From NCBI GenBank assembly GCA_000708835.1, contig DF237078.1, positions 117,143-181,142 on the forward strand: a stretch of DNA of 64,000 nt. The letters run 5' to 3'. Shown here in pieces: positions 60,620 through 64,000 of the stretch (positions are counted from its first letter, which is position 1; each line of letters begins with the position of its first letter). Both the position numbers and the translations under genes were made by a program. The DNA comes from Klebsormidium nitens. Its lineage: Eukaryota; Plantae; Klebsormidiophyceae. Below the pieces are notes generated by a model, which saw only the letters and a program-made list of their open reading frames with translations, had not been told where the DNA came from and made no database searches.

Positions 60620-61301
60620 TGCGCTTTGTATGGAGGCTCGCTCTCCGATGACGTGAGTCAACTCCTGGTCAGGTCCCCAACTGATGCTCAAAAATTCTGA
60701 TTTTTGGAACAGAAAGTTTTCATCTTTACTCGGTATGAGACCTTCATTAAGAGTTTCCCGCAGTCTTGGCAGCTATCTCTTTGGTTATTAAAGAGAACCT
60801 TCACACCAATGCATACTTGAGCTCCTCTGCAGGACAGTAAGACTTTCTTGAACATCGGCGACGGTTGCTTCTCTCAAGGGCTCCTTGACGACTCCTGAAG
60901 CACCAACTTCGACACCCGGAAGAGGACTATCCGTCAGACTCAATCAGCAATGCAGCGGGCTGCACCACCCTTGAGAGAGACAGTTAGTGGACAAATCCAG
61001 CCTTCTTGTGATCATTGTGCTCCTCCCTTCACTGAACGTTCCCTGAGGCTGCAGGCTGCGTCGGATGGCGGCAGCAACATTTGGCACAGCAAGCCAAATG
61101 AAGTTCGGTGTTAAATTTGGACCAATCACAGCGCCCCACGTCATACCCCCCAGAGCCTGAAGGTGTGATGATGTCGTGATGGTCGTACCAGGGGTCGAAA
61201 ACCTGAGGTGGGGGCCGGGAACAGACCCAAGTGGTCCCAACCCGATCACCGGGCACTCGGAAGGTAGGCACCCTGAGCAGGTTACTTTAGGCAGGATTTT
61301 G

Positions 61302-61540
61302 CTTCTCCAGACAGTCAATCACAAAATTGCATCTTTTTCAGGTATGGCCTTATATACATACATATTGGCAATTGGGTCGGATGAGCGAAACTCTGTACTA
61401 CTAATCTGTTATAATCTCTTCTCCAGAAAGTCAATTACAATATTGCATCTTTTTCAGGTATGGCCTTACATACATACATATCGCCGAATGGGAACCGAAG
61501 GGAAAACTCTGTACTACTAATAATCTGTTATCATTCTTTC
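61302..61540. repeat. Two-copy ~116-bp tandem duplication, with a partial third copy at ~61731-61770
   Basis: CTTCTCCAGA.AGTCAAT.ACAA.ATTGCATCTTTTTCAGGTATGGCCTTA.ATACATACATAT...AAACTCTGTACTACTAAT is repeated at 61302 and 61418. Confidence 0.9.
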
Positions 61541-62205
61541 CCTGGAGAAGAAAAGAATTATATGTAACAGATTGTAGTATGAACTTTCAGGACCTTGGCC
61601 GACTTTGGTGATATATATGCATATAAGGATCGCCCCCCGTCACATATTGTCCAGTTAGGCAGGTATAAGCCGTGGCCAGGACGAGAGGGTTGTCTGTCCA
61701 ACCCGTTTTTCCTGTCCTGTCGATTCGTGCAGTCAATTACAGATATCATCATATACATATCATTCGGGTGGGATAGTCAAAACATAAGCGGGAACTTGGA
61801 CACAAGATTCACCTGTCCGTCCTGTCCTCCTGTCGACTCGCTCTGTTCTTATTATTCGAACATTCTACATGATATGGGTCAGATTGACGTCCGTCCTGTC
61901 TGAATGACAGATTGGAGGTGAAGTGCTTGAGCATGAAGGCGGAGGACCGGACACGAGAACTTCTGTCTGCCCTGTCTCTCCTGTCGTCCTGCTAAGTACG
62001 GGTCAGAGAGTCCCAACACCTGTCTTGTCTACGAGTCTTCTGACATTCGAGGACCATCTTCAGGCGCAAGCAATCTCTGCGTCTGCGAGTTTCTTTTGCG
62101 CATTGGTTCTCTTGACAGGACAGCACTTTCCTATCCCTTTGCCGAATCTCCCTTCTCTGACGCTACCTCGCTCAAGAAGCCTACTGGAGTTCAGAGACCC
62201 CTAAC

Positions 62206-63841
62206 ATGGGTACTGTGGAGGCTGTTGAGTCGGAGATTGCAAGGGTGAATGCAGCCATCGATGCTCTTTCAGCAGAGATTAAGGAAGCAAAAGAGAAGGT
62301 TGATCGTGCGGAAGCGGCTGGCAATGCAGACGCTGCAAATCGGTGGTTCACTGAGCTGCAGCAGCTGCGCAAGGACAAAGAGCAGCTGCGCAAAGAGAAA
62401 GAGCAGCTGCGGGACAAGGAGGCCCGGCTGGAATCTGCAGGTGCGTGTCTTTTCTTTTTAAGCATGTTGACTCTCTCATGCACAGGTCTTGAAAGATTGT
62501 GCAAAGCCGCAGGCAGGTGAGTGCACATGCTCAGAGCACCTTCGTCAGGGTTTGTTCCCATCAGTGTGGGTTAGAAATGAGCGGCTCTCGCCAGCACCTT
62601 TGTGTGTGCCGCTCGCTGTAATTGTGGGAGTTGAAGGGAACATAAGAATGCTTGTAAGAAATGGAGCAGCATTTGGTGAAGTACTCACAGAAGTCAGACC
62701 TGTGCGATAGCTCTCGTGCATGCCTGCAAGTGAGTGGAGTGCTGGAGCTTTCTGGTTTGGAACAGGCCGTGGTTCGCACCACCCCTGTCAAAGGTTTTTC
62801 ATTCTTCAGGACAACATCCTTTCTGATGTTAAACCTGCCCAGCAGCATTCGTGCATGCTGCAATCTGGTAGATTGCAGAAGCTCTCTGGTTGACGGTAGA
62901 CGCAGTGATCCACACCAACCCTCCAGTGTGTCCTGCTTGGGATGAGACACTGCTCAACTTTTTGCAATCTCGAATTTTGGCACCAGCATGCCCGCTGAAG
63001 GTTTTGTCAGGGTGCTTTTGTTTGGCGCTGTCAAGCAAAATTCCTTTGCAAGATCAATGTTTCCCATCGTCTTTCTGCAGATTGGTCAGGCGCATGCTCG
63101 AATGCTGACTTGCCCGCAAGCTGTGCAGAGTAGTGCAACAGAGTTTCTTACAAGGATGGGGCAGAAACTTTCTGTTAACGTGGCCGCTGTGTCTAGATCA
63201 AAGCGGAACTCTTGGATTGTCATTGTGGAAGCCTCTTTTATGTCGCTTAACAAATGCTGTTGATCTCGTGCAGCAACTGCTGGGGCAAGTACCTCTGGAG
63301 TTAGTGAGTACCGTTGAACACTTTCCAATTTTCTGCTGGGCTAGAGTGTCTATTTGCATATAGGTCGGCTGTCATTCAGCTGACTCTGAAGTTGAGCTGG
63401 ACTGCGACTCAAACCAGGAGGGGTCAGCCTGTTCGTGCAATCCTTGCCAAGAGGCGTTTGCTGGTATTTGTAAAGTCGCTTGAGATCACCTTACTGTGCA
63501 AGTCTCTAGACCCTTTGAGTGCACACATGCATGCTTTGTGCAGAACAATGTTCTTGCTTGAAGACTGGAAGGAACTCTTATCTTTCTCTGTGCAGTGTCG
63601 CCAGCTCCGCAGGCGTTGTCAGACTTTTGGACGGCTCTGCCAAACGCTTCTTGGTCCGATGATGGGAAAGTCATGACGCTTGTTGATGGGACCCACTTTT
63701 TGGGGCACGAGGGGCTCAGCAATCGGTTATACCGCCGTGACTGCTATCCAGATTTGCAGCAGGACGTTTCTGAGCTCTTTGAGCAAGAAGACAGGACGGG
63801 CAGGAAGAAAAACCGGGCGGTGGCGATAATCGGAAATCCAG
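62206..63841 (+). CDS. Crinkler/RHS-type (CR) protein: coiled-coil header plus P-loop NTPase; 5' part, continues off the right edge
   Basis: Exon 62206-62440 encodes a coiled coil with (LRK.KEQ)n heptads and ends in phase 1. Exon 63596-63841 starts in phase 1 and encodes DFWTALPNA..VMTLVDGTHFLG....RLYRRDCYPDL......AVAIIGNPG, stopping at an intron inside a GxPGxGK-type Walker A. This FW..L / L..G..FLG / L..R.CY..L / GNPG pattern is characteristic of CR-NTPase domains as recalled. Exons inside 62441-63595 are unresolved. Confidence 0.68.
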
Positions 63842-64000
63842 GTGAGAAGAGGACAATTATCTCTGAGAAGGGGTTTGGGTCCATTTCTGTCTTTGAAGAG
63901 AGCTTCGGGCTGTGTTCTGTGAGCTCTGTAATGTCGCTTCTTTTGGAGGTTCTGACGGGGCGTCCAGACTGCACAAAGTTTAGCCAAGTATTTTTCCTTA

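Noticed and set aside
60698-61318. Possible upstream coding exon(s) extending the ABCG N-terminus
   Set aside because: One phase-compatible intron exists (~60797-60698), but the upstream frame is closed by a TGA unless a ~42-nt intron is assumed, so it is unsupported.
62561-63722. Protein-like minus-strand ORFs inside the CR-gene intron region
   Set aside because: They are short, in different frames, and show no transposase, RT or other motifs that I can recognise.
1-64000. CRISPR arrays, rRNA, snRNA/snoRNA and prokaryotic operons or defence islands
   Set aside because: There is no regularly spaced repeat-spacer array, no rRNA or U-snRNA signature, and no convincing C/D box pair; the gene structure is spliceosomal throughout.

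Overview
This is a gene-dense, intron-rich eukaryotic nuclear window with GC-rich exons and canonical GT-AG introns. The proteins are land-plant-like, so the source is most likely a streptophyte green alga such as Klebsormidium (inference from gene content and style, not verified). I rebuilt the gene models by hand from splice sites and reading phase. In order: the 5' part of formate-tetrahydrofolate ligase (-); a secreted protein with four malectin domains (-); complex I subunit NDUFB2/AGGG (-); SCD1, a DENN + WD40 protein (+), with one apparent frame break; a secreted ferritin-like desiccation-related protein with a Cys-rich N-terminal module (-); tRNA-Glu(CTC); a class-3 lipase with a P-loop domain (-); prefoldin 1 (+), which has a 7-nt micro-exon and a candidate spliced upstream ORF; a small intronless Zn-ribbon protein (-); plastid chorismate mutase (+); an ABCG half-transporter (-); and the 5' part of a Crinkler/RHS-type P-loop NTPase gene (+). 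Non-autonomous DNA elements include a nested MITE cluster at 1.8-2.95 kb, a hAT-like MITE with an intact target-site duplication at 9.9-10.4 kb, and a second MITE copy in a chorismate mutase intron. The main unexplained patterns are decayed 'ghost' copies of exons or splice acceptors inside neighbouring introns in three genes, a dense GTAC cluster upstream of the ferritin-like gene, the candidate bicistronic uORF-prefoldin transcript, and the Crinkler-like NTPase. There is no CRISPR array, rRNA or prokaryotic operon. Most entries in the ORF track are antisense or off-frame shadows of GC-rich exons. All homology calls come from recalled family motifs, not from database searches.
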